From Dehalococcoidia bacterium (GTDB taxonomy: Bacteria; Chloroflexota; Dehalococcoidia; Lucifugimonadales; VXLM01), in NCBI GenBank assembly GCA_963662435.1, contig OY759598.1:4005923-4069922 (forward strand): a DNA stretch of 64,000 nt, read 5' to 3'. Position 1 is the stretch's first letter, and every line of letters begins with the position of its first letter. The notes under the pieces were generated by a model. The model had not been told where the DNA came from, did no database searches, and worked only from the letters and a program-made list of their open reading frames with translations. The translations under genes were made by a program, and so were the position numbers. Positions 1 through 10,017 of the stretch are shown here, in pieces.

Positions 1-435
1 GTAATGGTACCGGCCCATCGTGACGCTCGTTCGTGTGTTCGGACAACCCAACCGATCGAGGAAAGCGTTGATGTTCGCGGGTCCAATGGTTTCCATCAGG
101 AGATCGGTTGCCATATTGTCGCTGATGGTAATCATCATGCGACAGTAGTCTCGCAACGATATCTTCGGCTCATCCTGCATTAGCTTGAGCTGACCGGATC
201 CGTGTGTGGAATACCGGTCAACCATACGTTTTCGATCATTGAGCGACAGCATACCTTCGGCATCCTGTCTGAATAGTTCTGCCATCACCGTGATCTTGCA
301 GACACTTGCTGTTGGATAGCATTCGGCGGCAGCGTATTGATGCGTAATGCCGGACGCAAGGTCTTCAAAATAGAAACCCATACGGCCTTCAAAATCTCTA
401 GCAAGGGCATCCATCTCGTCTCTAGGGAAAGTCAT
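1..435 (-). CDS. Serine hydrolase, class A beta-lactamase-like (3' end outside window)
   Basis: Manual translation from ATG 435 (RBS GGAGGAGG): MTFPRDEMDALARDFEGRMGFYFEDL...YPTASVCK (SxxK)...MITISDNMATD (SDN); open to window edge. Confidence 0.8.
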   Translation of the reverse strand, partial: MTFPRDEMDALARDFEGRMGFYFEDLASGITHQYAAAECYPTASVCKITVMAELFRQDAEGMLSLNDRKRMVDRYSTHGSGQLKLMQDEPKISLRDYCRMMITISDNMATDLLMETIGPANINAFLDRLGCPNTRTSVTMGRYHY

Positions 436-675
436 ATACCTCCTCCTTGAGTTTCGATCTGAGGAGCGAAAAGTCGTAGTTGCCTAAGTGTATCAGAAGG
501 TCATGGAGCTTGCGACAAACCTCATTACCTTCCATGAAATATGCGCTAACGCTGTGCCAGAATTGGCACATTGTCTCGATTAACAATATCTGCGACATGT
601 CTTCCGATGAAGAACGTAATACTGTTAATTGGTGGCACGTAGCTAGAATGGTTACAGCAAGAATATTGTTTTCTT

Positions 676-704
676 TGACAAACGACCTTTCCTACCATAA
701 GCTA
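676..704 (+). promoter_or_regulatory. Putative sigma70 promoter TTGACA-N17-TAAGCT upstream of the 831 ORF
   Basis: Consensus -35, 17-nt spacer, -10-like hexamer. Confidence 0.45.
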
Positions 705-830
705 AGCCTTGAGAGCGATCTAACGTGGCCTAAGTACGAGAAGCCGAGAGAAGTATCAGGCTGTATCTGCCCTTTCTCGGTCACTCTAGTTGGCTCTCCA
801 ACATGGAATTGACACATTAAGGAGGTAACT

Positions 831-1118
831 ATGTCAAAGTTGGAAATTGTTCCTATAGAGGAGGCAATGGCGAGAACTGCTTCTGGCAAGAGGGCCAAGA
901 TAATTCACGAGTATCTTGGCTATATCCGCGAACTTCAGTCCGGTCAGGCCGGAAAGCTGACTGCGACGGAGGATGAAAGTGCAATTGCAATAAGACGCCG
1001 TCTCAATCAGGCAGCCAAAACAGGTGGTGTCGAGCTTGTCATCAAACGATCGGGCGACGATGTCTATTTTTGGACTAACGCCCGTCGAAGAGGTCGACCT
1101 CGTAAAGCGAGAGTTTAG
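831..1118 (+). CDS. Small basic hypothetical protein with C-terminal AT-hook-like motif
   Basis: Strong RBS AAGGAGG; ends ARRRGRPRKARV. Confidence 0.7.
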   Translation: MSKLEIVPIEEAMARTASGKRAKIIHEYLGYIRELQSGQAGKLTATEDESAIAIRRRLNQAAKTGGVELVIKRSGDDVYFWTNARRRGRPRKARV

Positions 1119-1125
1119 ACCCATT

Positions 1126-1270
1126 AAATTTCCCTTCCCAAAACAGGAAGCAGGTAGCCAACTCTCAGGTACGCAAGGCACTCTTTACCCTTAACGTAAC
1201 GGGAGTCTCATTGCGTAACCCTGTTTCGTCAACAAAGACTATTGTCTTTTGGGATACGTCGGCGGGCATT
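1126..1270. ncRNA. Candidate structured RNA (long rod with central bubble, 6S-like)
   Basis: Nested pairings TCCCAAAA/TTTTGGGA, TACGCAA/TTGCGTA, ACTC/GAGT, TTAC/GTAA in an intergenic region. Confidence 0.3.
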
Positions 1271-1393
1271 TCAGTTATCGGACTTCGAAATTCTGACCAT
1301 CGCTCAACGCCTACCTGGCGGCATCGTTTGGTGATGCTGGTAGAATAGCCTCCGTGTCGACAATGGCAAGTTACTTTCTGCCCGGAGGGATAA

Positions 1394-2965
1394 ATGCTTG
1401 ATCTTGCGATCCATAACGGATTGGTCGTGGATGGTACAGGAAGTCCGGGCTTTCATGCTTCGGTCTTTGTAGAGGACAATCGAATCACTATTAACAGGGG
1501 CGCGGCTTCCGGAGTGGAAGCCGCGCGTACTATTGACGCCGAAGGCAAGGTCGTCTGCCCTGGATTCGTCGACCTCCACTCTCACGCCGGGCTTACGATG
1601 CTTGGCGAGCCACTCCACGACCCCAAGGTGCGACAGGGTGTCACCACTGAATTGGTCGGAATCGACGGGATATCGCACGCACCCTTCAAATCCCAGGACG
1701 AATTGAGTAGGGCCATATGGCTTGACTCCGGCTTCAATGGGTACCCTCCGAACTCTCCCGACTGGTTAAGCGTAATGGAACTGTACGGGAAGTACGACAA
1801 CGCGATTTCAATCAACGTGGCGATAATTCTTGGCAACGCGGCCGTACGAATCTGGAGCGTGGGCTGGAATGATCGTCCTGCCGCGCCTGCGGAAATCGAA
1901 GACATGCGCGCCGTCACCCGCGAGGCGATGGAAGAGGGAGCCTGGGGGCTCTCATCAGGTCTAGACTATCCACCGGGATCATTTGCCAGCACCGAGGAAT
2001 TGGTCTCTCTCGCCGAGGTCTCTGCAAGGTTTGGTGGGTTCTACCACACTCACACACGTGCTGCCCTCAGGGATTTCGGCCTACTGGCTCCGTGGGAAGA
2101 GGCACTGGACATTGGTCGACGCTCCGGCATTCCCGTACACCTCACCCACTACCGACAACCCCGTCAGGGAGTTGGCAGCCACCACGACTATATTGGCCTC
2201 GTTGAGCGCGGGCGGGACGAGGGCATGGATGTAACATTCGATTGCTACTCCTACCCTTACTCCGGCACGACGCTCCTAATGCTCGTGCCGAATTGGACGA
2301 TGGACGGTGGACCTGAGCGAGCCATCGCGGCGTTCAAAGATCCCGGCGACCGAGAACGCATTGGGAGGGAGGTCGATCGCGAAACGCTATCCGAGACTTG
2401 GCTGACCAACTTCAAGCAACCACACAACATGCAATACGATGGCAAGTCGATCACGGAAATCGCAAACATGAGAAGTCAGGACCCGGTCGACGTGATCATG
2501 GACCTCTTACTCGACGAGAACCTGTCAATCCACATCGTTGGAACCGGCACCAACCAACACACTCTGCCCGCCTTCGTATCGCACCCTTATGGCATCATCG
2601 CGAGCGACGCCATCCTGCTGGGCGAGTACCAGAACCCTCGGTCGTACGGGTGCTTCCCCCTCGTGCTTGCGGAGTTCGTGAGGGCCGAGAAGCATCTTCG
2701 CCTCCCGGAAGCGATTCGCAAAATGACATCATTCCCTGCCCAGCGACTCGGTTTGTCCGACAGGGGAATTCTACGAGACGGATTCAAGGGGGATATTGTG
2801 GTGTTTGATTCCGAGGAAGTCAGGACCGATGCCGTCTTGGGTGATCCCAATCACTATCCCGTCGGCATCAACTACGTAATCGTCAATGGTGAAGTCGTCA
2901 TCGATGACGGAGAGCACACCGGAGCGCTTCCCGGACGAGCGTTGAGACGAGGACATCCTTCATAG
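1394..2965 (+). CDS. N-acyl-D-amino-acid deacylase (D-aminoacylase family amidohydrolase)
   Basis: NGLVVDGTG, PGFVDLHSH, QGVTT, SSGLDYPPG, AIRKMTSFPAQRLGL motifs. Confidence 0.9.
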   Translation: MLDLAIHNGLVVDGTGSPGFHASVFVEDNRITINRGAASGVEAARTIDAEGKVVCPGFVDLHSHAGLTMLGEPLHDPKVRQGVTTELVGIDGISHAPFKSQDELSRAIWLDSGFNGYPPNSPDWLSVMELYGKYDNAISINVAIILGNAAVRIWSVGWNDRPAAPAEIEDMRAVTREAMEEGAWGLSSGLDYPPGSFASTEELVSLAEVSARFGGFYHTHTRAALRDFGLLAPWEEALDIGRRSGIPVHLTHYRQPRQGVGSHHDYIGLVERGRDEGMDVTFDCYSYPYSGTTLLMLVPNWTMDGGPERAIAAFKDPGDRERIGREVDRETLSETWLTNFKQPHNMQYDGKSITEIANMRSQDPVDVIMDLLLDENLSIHIVGTGTNQHTLPAFVSHPYGIIASDAILLGEYQNPRSYGCFPLVLAEFVRAEKHLRLPEAIRKMTSFPAQRLGLSDRGILRDGFKGDIVVFDSEEVRTDAVLGDPNHYPVGINYVIVNGEVVIDDGEHTGALPGRALRRGHPS

Positions 2966-2992
2966 CACAGTTGGGCCGAGCGTTCCTTAGCG

Positions 2993-3745
2993 CTAAATCT
3001 TGATTCGCTTCTCAGATGGAACGGTCTTGTCGTGCTCGACCACACCTTCGCGGTGCTCGCCCCGTTGGACCATGACCTGACGAGCGGCGATACGCATCCG
3101 GTCTTCGTGCGACAGGAATTTCTGCACCTTCCAGATGAACTCAGACAGTGTCTCTTCGGGAGAGAGATCCGAGTTGTCGATCACAAACGTCCTGCGAATT
3201 AGCGAAGCGTCAAACTCCTCCTGAAATCGCTGTAGGACGTGCTCTACATGCTCCTCACGTAGGACACCTGGTCGCCGACCCTTTTGGTCACGCGGTAAGG
3301 GGTCATGTACCATTCTTTCCTTAATAACCTCCGGTCGTGCAGTGAGCAACACCATGATCACGTCGGGTGCGTCTTTCAAGATGTCATGTTCGATGTGACG
3401 CGCAAAGGCGGACCGCTCAGCGTACTGACCATGCCCACCGTAACCATAGTAGAGCGGTGCAAACACGGCCTCTTCTATGTGGTAGCCGACCAGAAGGTGA
3501 TCTGCGTCCGACAGGAACGCTCCCCCACCGTGATAGGCGATCTGGTAGCGTTGGAAGCGCTCCTTGAAGGCTGGACTCATCTGCATGAAGAGTTCGCGGT
3601 CCTCGTCGGATACCTCCGGGGAGGGCACGGTAAAGTGGTCGTGAAACGTCCTACTGTACCCCGTTACGTCCGCAAGCCATCGCGAAACCCCGTCGGCTAG
3701 CGTCGTCTTCCCAACGTGTTCGCATCCGGTAATTATGAGCTTCAT
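2993..3745 (-). CDS. P-loop nucleoside/nucleotide-kinase-like protein (thymidylate kinase-like fold)
   Basis: MKLIITGCEHVGKTTL Walker A; HDHF motif shared with paralogs at 30153 and 32349. Confidence 0.7.
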   Translation of the reverse strand: MKLIITGCEHVGKTTLADGVSRWLADVTGYSRTFHDHFTVPSPEVSDEDRELFMQMSPAFKERFQRYQIAYHGGGAFLSDADHLLVGYHIEEAVFAPLYYGYGGHGQYAERSAFARHIEHDILKDAPDVIMVLLTARPEVIKERMVHDPLPRDQKGRRPGVLREEHVEHVLQRFQEEFDASLIRRTFVIDNSDLSPEETLSEFIWKVQKFLSHEDRMRIAARQVMVQRGEHREGVVEHDKTVPSEKRIKI

Positions 3746-3969
3746 CGTCCTCTCCCCGTGAATCATTTGGCTACAGAATACAGCTGTAGCTTCCAACGGA
3801 CAACAGGTGCACCTCCGTTAGTTTGCCAACCTCAAGAAGCCCTTCGTTGACCCGCGAACTCGGCGTACCTTAGAATCCGCAGTGGACCGATCAGCTTGGT
3901 GAATTGAAGCTGCGTCCACGAATGTTCGCATCGGAAATTTGGACTCAGGATTCAACGGGCCGTGAAAGC

Positions 3970-4887
3970 ATGACCTTCGTAAGAATAAGCCTCTTCTGCA
4001 TGGACACGATAAACGAGTTCTTGGACAAGAACTGCCCATACATCGCGGGGGCAATCGCGTTCTACACGCTCATTTCGATATTCCCCTTGCTCTTGGCCAT
4101 CATCTCGGTGTTGGGATACTTGGGCCCTGCTTCGATGGAGGAGCAACAGGAACTAGCTCTTCGCACGGCCGACATCATCCCGGTGTCCAGCGACTTCATC
4201 GGAGAGACGGTCGCGAGCGTCGTAGAGTCAAGAGTAGTTACAGGAATCGTGGGCATATTTGGCCTGCTCTGGGGAGCAACCGTGGTATTTGGGGCGATAC
4301 GCAAGGGAATTAATGCTGCATGGGGGATCACAAGGCCGAGACCTTTCCTCAAGGAGCGCCTGATCGATTTCGCGCTTGTCATCGGGGCCGGAATTCTTTT
4401 ATTCATCGTCTTGTTAAGCTCTCCAACTCTAAGCTTCGTCCGCGGAGCCTCAGGCCTGCTAGCGCCGGAATCCGAGTTCTTCAACCACACAATCTGGAAC
4501 GTCATCTCCCGGCTCATCCTACCGTCCTTCGCGTTCGCCACTTTCTTGGTCTTGTATCGGTTCATCCCAAACACCGCGGTCAAGCTGAGCAACGTTTGGG
4601 CGGGAGCGCTGCTGGCCTCGTTGGCATTCGACGCTGCTAACTTGGCCTTTGTGTGGTACGTTCAAAACTACGGACACTACAATCTGCTCTATGGCTCGCT
4701 CGGTACGATCCTCGCAACTCTGACCTGGGTGTACCTGTCCGCCATTATTCTTCTCTTTGGAGCATTGGTCACGTCAAGATACAGCGCATATGTCGAAAGT
4801 CTTCCCCAACATCAACTTAGCCTCATGGTCATCTGGACTGGCTTTTCGCGCGTCAGGCTCAGGGTCGTTGATGCCTATGCCCGCTAG
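3970..4887 (+). CDS. YihY/virulence factor BrkB family membrane protein
   Basis: AGAIAFYTLISIFP, LYRFIPN, YNLLYGSLG, ILLFGA motifs; multiple TM segments. Confidence 0.9.
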   Translation: MTFVRISLFCMDTINEFLDKNCPYIAGAIAFYTLISIFPLLLAIISVLGYLGPASMEEQQELALRTADIIPVSSDFIGETVASVVESRVVTGIVGIFGLLWGATVVFGAIRKGINAAWGITRPRPFLKERLIDFALVIGAGILLFIVLLSSPTLSFVRGASGLLAPESEFFNHTIWNVISRLILPSFAFATFLVLYRFIPNTAVKLSNVWAGALLASLAFDAANLAFVWYVQNYGHYNLLYGSLGTILATLTWVYLSAIILLFGALVTSRYSAYVESLPQHQLSLMVIWTGFSRVRLRVVDAYAR

Positions 4888-6022
4888 AGTCCTGAACCTG
4901 ATCGCGGTTTCACTAATCGCCTCGCTTACGCTGCTTACCGCTGTCGCCTGTGGGGATGACTCACCGCCTGAGCCGACCCCTACTCCTCTTCCTACCTACA
5001 CACCTGTTCCGCCGACCCCGACACCCGGTCCCGTTGAGAACACCACATTGCTCACCGAGTCGACGGACGAGTCCAAGGTTGTAACCTCCCTCGTACTCCC
5101 GTCGCTGGCGGATGTGGTAGAAGAAATCGAGCCTTGGGTAGTCTCCATAACCACCGAGCGCTTCGTGCGTGGGTTCTTTTCTACCTTCAGAGATGAGGGA
5201 GCGGGGTCTGGCTTCATTGTGCGTCCGGACGGGTACATCGTCACCAATGAACACGTCATCAGGGGCGCACAGCAGCTCCAAGCCCACTTGTCGAACGGCG
5301 AGACCTATCCTGCCACTGTCGTAGGAAAGGACATCGTTACAGACATCGCCATTCTCAAGATCGAAGCCGACGGTCTACCATTCGCCACCCTATCCGACAC
5401 CGATGATATTCGAGTCGGAGACTGGGTGATGACACTTGGCAACGCTCTTGATATGAGGGGAGGGCCAACTGCCACTCTAGGAATTGTCAGCGGTCTGGGA
5501 AGATCGATCAAGACCGAGCAGGGACAGCAGTTCTTCAATCTGATTCAGACCGATGCGACCATCAACACGGGCAACAGCGGCGGTCCCCTCGTGGACATCA
5601 ACGGAACGGTTATCGGGATTAATCAGGCCGTTCTGGCTGAGGCCCGGTTCGGCTTCGCCATCAATGCCTCGATGGCAGGGCCGGTCATCGACAGTCTCAT
5701 CGAGGACGGCGCCGTCTCAAGAGCCGACATCGGGATCAAGGGGGATGACGTAACGCCGGCTATCGCCCGGTCGTTCAACCTCTCAGTTACCGAGGGCGTC
5801 GTCATCACGGCTATCAGTACGGACGGCCCTGCATACGCCGCAGGTCTCCGGGTTGGATACATCATCACAAAGCTGGATGATATTCCAACTCCCGGACTTG
5901 CTGCTTTCAACCCAAGGCTCTGGTCCTACGAGCCGGGCGACGAAATCTTAGTAGAGTACGTGCGCGGCGACATTACCGACGTTACCTCCGTAGCGGTGGA
6001 GAGTAATCAAGGTAGCCCCTAA
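4877..6022 (+). CDS. HtrA/DegP-like trypsin serine protease with PDZ domain, lipoprotein
   Basis: Lipobox AVAC; GSGF, TNEHV, DIAILK, IQTDATINTGNSGGP; C-terminal PDZ. Confidence 0.9.
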   Translation: MPARVLNLIAVSLIASLTLLTAVACGDDSPPEPTPTPLPTYTPVPPTPTPGPVENTTLLTESTDESKVVTSLVLPSLADVVEEIEPWVVSITTERFVRGFFSTFRDEGAGSGFIVRPDGYIVTNEHVIRGAQQLQAHLSNGETYPATVVGKDIVTDIAILKIEADGLPFATLSDTDDIRVGDWVMTLGNALDMRGGPTATLGIVSGLGRSIKTEQGQQFFNLIQTDATINTGNSGGPLVDINGTVIGINQAVLAEARFGFAINASMAGPVIDSLIEDGAVSRADIGIKGDDVTPAIARSFNLSVTEGVVITAISTDGPAYAAGLRVGYIITKLDDIPTPGLAAFNPRLWSYEPGDEILVEYVRGDITDVTSVAVESNQGSP

Positions 6023-6218
6023 ATTGCTCTTTCTGGGTATTGACGGAGGATTCGCTGTCGACTTCCCATTCACATCAAGGCTTCTCTAGATCCTTCACCT
6101 GATTACCGAATCCACGCTATTCGGCAGCCGTGAAATTTCCCTTGACTTGAAGCTGTCTTTGGCAGATACTTCCCCCCAAATTACAGGTACACAGAGTCCC
6201 TTGAGGAGACATGGTTAG

Positions 6219-6887
6219 ATGCAGGCAAGCGCACCGGCATACGGCACACTCGGAACCCTTGGTCGACTTGACAAGACCCTATTCGATACACTCTTTCCGA
6301 ATGCCGGAACCGGACACCGAATTCTCGCGTCCGTCCTGCTGATCGCTTTGATCTTTGCCTGTGCGAAGGCCCGGTTCTATCTGCCCGAGAATCCAACGCC
6401 CATCACTCTTCAGACCTTCGGCGTACTGGTCACGGGCGGCATTATGGGATGGCGTTGGGGAACAGGGGCCGTACTCGGCTATATCGCCCTTGGCGCGTTG
6501 GGCCTTCCGATGTTCGCAAGCTCCGACCCTTGGGCTCTCAGAACCCCTGCCGAGGCGTGGGACGCTTCTATCATGGGGGTAACGGGCGGCTACATCATTG
6601 GATTCATGGTCGCTTCCGCCGTTACCGGATATCTCAGCCAGACCGGATTCATACGCTCCGCTTCCCTCTGGGCCATCGCCCTCGGGGGACTGGCTCTCTA
6701 CATTCCCGCTCTCATCTGGCTGGCTGCCTTCGATTTCGGATGGCCTGCGGAGGGCAAGTTATTCGTTGATGGAATGTACATCTACATGCCCGGCGACATC
6801 GTCAAGATGCTTGGCGCTTCCCTCATTGTGACTGGGCTGTGGAATCATGGTGAGCGTGTGGTCGACCTATTCAGAAAGAAATCCTAG
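6219..6887 (+). CDS. bioY: Biotin transporter BioY
   Basis: PTPITLQT, GALGLPMF, TGGYIIGF, PGDIVK motifs. Confidence 0.88.
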   Translation: MQASAPAYGTLGTLGRLDKTLFDTLFPNAGTGHRILASVLLIALIFACAKARFYLPENPTPITLQTFGVLVTGGIMGWRWGTGAVLGYIALGALGLPMFASSDPWALRTPAEAWDASIMGVTGGYIIGFMVASAVTGYLSQTGFIRSASLWAIALGGLALYIPALIWLAAFDFGWPAEGKLFVDGMYIYMPGDIVKMLGASLIVTGLWNHGERVVDLFRKKS

Positions 6888-7010
6888 CTCTAGTTGCATC
6901 GATAGCGAGTGAGAGGCGCCCGTGCGGGCGTCTCTTTCTCTTGAGGGACTCCCTCTTTCTTATATCAACTGGGTGTGCTTGGGCCATAATCTCGCTCAGC
7001 GGCCTCGCAA

Positions 7011-7104
7011 ACCCTCACCAACGTCGACAGGCTCTCTCCCACGACGGCAGAGGGGGCAAGGTTTGCCCTGGGGGTCGACCCTTCGACAGGCTCAGGGTGA
7101 ACGG
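7011..7104 (+). repeat. REP-like cluster: family B variant plus family A (CCCTTCGACAGGCTCAGGGTGAACGG)
   Basis: Near-identical copies at 20073, 25131, 27141 and 53388-53667 (A) and at 21791, 27291, 38733, 40836 (B). Confidence 0.75.
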
Positions 7105-7335
7105 AGTACTTTGGGGACCGCCTCTGAACCGGAAACACTCTGAAAAGTGCGCCGAATTGAGTTATTCTGAGCCATTTACGTTGTTATTGTAAAGTTGCTG
7201 GGTCGAATCTTTCGGTTTGGTGGATAGGCCTGGAGCAGGCACCGACTCGCGAAATTTCTTGAATTTTGTAACATTCTGTAGCATTTTGTAATTTTCGGGG
7301 CCGTCGCATCGGTGGACGACCTTTCTCCCACTTGA

Positions 7336-7364
7336 AGTATCGTACATGCGTTCTTGTTAGTCAA
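7336..7364 (-). promoter_or_regulatory. Putative sigma70 promoter TTGACT-N17-GATACT with LexA-like box GAACGCATGTAC
   Basis: Closely similar to the promoter at 25005-25033. Confidence 0.4.
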
Positions 7365-7416
7365 ATCGACTGTGCGGGGGTATTTGTTAAGTCTTGGTGA
7401 GCTGGATAGCGAAAAT

Positions 7417-7450
7417 CCCCTCTCTGTATCTCTCCCCCGGCGGGGGAGAG
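7417..7450 (+). repeat. REP-like family C (CCCCTCTCTGTATCTCTCCCCCGGCGGGGGAGA)
   Basis: Copies at 20019 and 27082; terminal hairpin. Confidence 0.75.
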
Positions 7451-7698
7451 ATATTAGTTTCTTCGTCGGTACGCTCCTCAGAATGGCAGCGAGAGAACAA
7501 TTCGTGCAATCTCACCAACTTTGAACGGTTGTATGTGGGGAAGGGTGTTAGGACTCCGGGTGCTGAGTGAGCGGGGGCATCAGCAACTTATGGTGAAGTC
7601 AAAGCGAATTGATATTAATTGTTTCGTCACATAACCGTTAGGGCGGCTTAAGCTTCCTGTCGGATACTGGACTTACCCCACTTGGAATGTATTAGCTG

Positions 7699-9951
7699 AT
7701 GCGATCAATGCTCGTGAGAATGGCGCCGTGGCCTCTCTTCGTCTTGGCCTTTGCCATCGCATGTGGCTCCGAAAACATGGTGGTGGCTCCCACCGCTACA
7801 CCTCATGCGACGCCAACCGCCGCGCCTACGGCCACTCCTACTCCGCCTGCAGTGAGTGAGTCAGACGCCAATCTCGAATCCGACGTGCCCATGGCCCCTG
7901 AGTTTGCCGGCATCTCGGGCTGGATTAATTCGGAACCCCTCAGTATGGCCGACCTGCGGGGCAAAGTAGTTCTCATAGACTTCTGGACGTACACCTGCAT
8001 CAACTGCATCAGGACGTTCGAGCACCTCAAAGAGTGGCACTCCAAGTATGCCGACAAGGGGCTGGTCATCGTGGGGGTTCACTCCCCGGAGTTCCTGTTC
8101 GAGACGGTTCGCGCAAACGTGGAGCAGGCGGTCTCCGACTTCGGCATCGAGTACCCGGTGGCACAGGACAATAAGCTAAACACCTGGCAGACCTTCGGCA
8201 ACCGGAGTTGGCCAGGCAAGTTCCTTATAGATAAGGGCGGAACAGTCCGATTCAGGCACTTCGGCGAAGGGCAGTACGCTGAGACTGAACGGTGGATCAG
8301 GGAACTACTGTCTGAGACTGAAGTTACACTCTCCGATGTTCCTGCAAATACGGATGCGGACGGCCCAGTCTATCCCGGCCTCCAGAGTTCTTCCAGCCTT
8401 GATGAGGCGGTTACGAGAGAACTCTACGCCAGCTCCATAAAGAACCGCATCGCATTCACAAACGGCGGCGAGAAGCTGGCATACGTCGGCAATTCCGAAT
8501 ACTTCAGCGAGTCCTCTGGGGTCACTAAGTTTACCGATCCGGGCGATCATCAAAACCACTACCTGTATCTTCAGGGCAAATGGGAACGCGGCCCGGAGAG
8601 TCTTATACACGCGAGAGAGACAACCGCCCACGAGGACTACGTGGCAATCAGGTTCTACTCGAACGAGGTAAACGCGGTCGTCGGCATGACAGACGCCGAG
8701 TACGATGTTCGCGTCACCCTTGCTGACGAACCGCTTGACCGCTCCCTAGCAGGAGACGACATACGGTTCGACAATGATGGGAATAGTTACTTCGTCGTCG
8801 AGCAATCACGCATGTTCAACATCGTGCGGCTCGAGGAATTTGGAACTCACGAACTAAAGCTCAGTTCCAACTCGGAAGATTTTGAGCTCTACACCTTCAC
8901 TTTTGGACACTATCAGCGAACTCCAAGGGAGTTGGTCGGCATCAAGAACTGGATCAACTCCCCTGCCCTGTCCCTGGCCGACCTTCGCGGCAAGGTCGTC
9001 ATCGTCGTATTCTTCTCGGTCGCATGCGACGACTGCATACAGATCCAGCCGTTCATCGAGACCTGGAGGCAGAAGTATGAGGATCATGGTCTGAGTGTCG
9101 TGGCCGTCCATACTCCTCAATTCGAATTCGAGAAGCGGCACGAAGTAGTCACGCAGTCGCTGGAAGACCAGAAGGTCAAATACCCGGTCGGCATCGACCA
9201 AGACTGGACAACAGCGGGCGCATTCGGGAATTCCTCCGTACCGGGGTCATATCTTCTGGACAAGAATGGGTTCATACGCCATCTGCGGCTTGGACCGGGC
9301 GGATACACTGTGATGGAGCAGGAGATCAGGCACTGGCTGGAAGACGCCGGAGCGGACTTGTCAAACATCCCCATTAGTAGCCAACCGGAGCTCGAACCCG
9401 ACCCTCGTACATTCGCGCTAGAGGACGACGTGCGGAGAACGAGGGACATCCACTTGGGCAGAGCGAAAAATGGCGCTGAGTCTCCGGATCCCTACTTCCC
9501 ACAGGAGGAGTACTACCAAGGGACCAACGGTACAATCTCATTCCAAGATCCAGGAGAGTACGAAAACAATTACGTCTACCTTCATGGAAAGTGGCAGACT
9601 GGGGAGGAGAGTATCGTCCATTCGAGCAACACTGACAGCTACACGGACTATCTGGCGTTCAAGATGGTCGGCCAGAAGGCGGCAGCCGTCCTTTCGAATG
9701 GCGACGGCGTAGCCCTGCGCGTGCGGATCACGCTTGACGACTCACCGGTCCCTCACGATCTAGCGGGAGAAGACGTACTGTATGATACCGAAGGAGAAAG
9801 CTACGTAGCGGTCGACCGTCCCCGTGTCTACCACCTGGTCGACCTCCCCGACTACGCCAGTCACGACGTAAGACTGTGGTCCGACTCCAGCGGACTGGAA
9901 GTCTACACAATCACCTTCGAAGCGAACATATTTGAACCGGAACCGTTCTAG
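7699..9951 (+). CDS. Lipoprotein with two tandem redoxin + DipZ C-terminal-like modules
   Basis: Lipobox AIAC; DFWTYTCINC...GVHSPEF; second module FFSVACDDC...VHTPQF; repeated YTFTF-type ends. Confidence 0.85.
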   Translation: MRSMLVRMAPWPLFVLAFAIACGSENMVVAPTATPHATPTAAPTATPTPPAVSESDANLESDVPMAPEFAGISGWINSEPLSMADLRGKVVLIDFWTYTCINCIRTFEHLKEWHSKYADKGLVIVGVHSPEFLFETVRANVEQAVSDFGIEYPVAQDNKLNTWQTFGNRSWPGKFLIDKGGTVRFRHFGEGQYAETERWIRELLSETEVTLSDVPANTDADGPVYPGLQSSSSLDEAVTRELYASSIKNRIAFTNGGEKLAYVGNSEYFSESSGVTKFTDPGDHQNHYLYLQGKWERGPESLIHARETTAHEDYVAIRFYSNEVNAVVGMTDAEYDVRVTLADEPLDRSLAGDDIRFDNDGNSYFVVEQSRMFNIVRLEEFGTHELKLSSNSEDFELYTFTFGHYQRTPRELVGIKNWINSPALSLADLRGKVVIVVFFSVACDDCIQIQPFIETWRQKYEDHGLSVVAVHTPQFEFEKRHEVVTQSLEDQKVKYPVGIDQDWTTAGAFGNSSVPGSYLLDKNGFIRHLRLGPGGYTVMEQEIRHWLEDAGADLSNIPISSQPELEPDPRTFALEDDVRRTRDIHLGRAKNGAESPDPYFPQEEYYQGTNGTISFQDPGEYENNYVYLHGKWQTGEESIVHSSNTDSYTDYLAFKMVGQKAAAVLSNGDGVALRVRITLDDSPVPHDLAGEDVLYDTEGESYVAVDRPRVYHLVDLPDYASHDVRLWSDSSGLEVYTITFEANIFEPEPF

Positions 9952-10017
9952 AGGCAAAGGCCAACCGACTGCGGGTGCAATCGTCTCGCGCAGCGACACA
10001 ACACTTTAGGAGATACC

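Noticed and set aside
1..435. Bona fide antibiotic-resistance beta-lactamase
   Set aside because: No signal peptide and only generic SxxK/SDN motifs are visible; gene is truncated by the window
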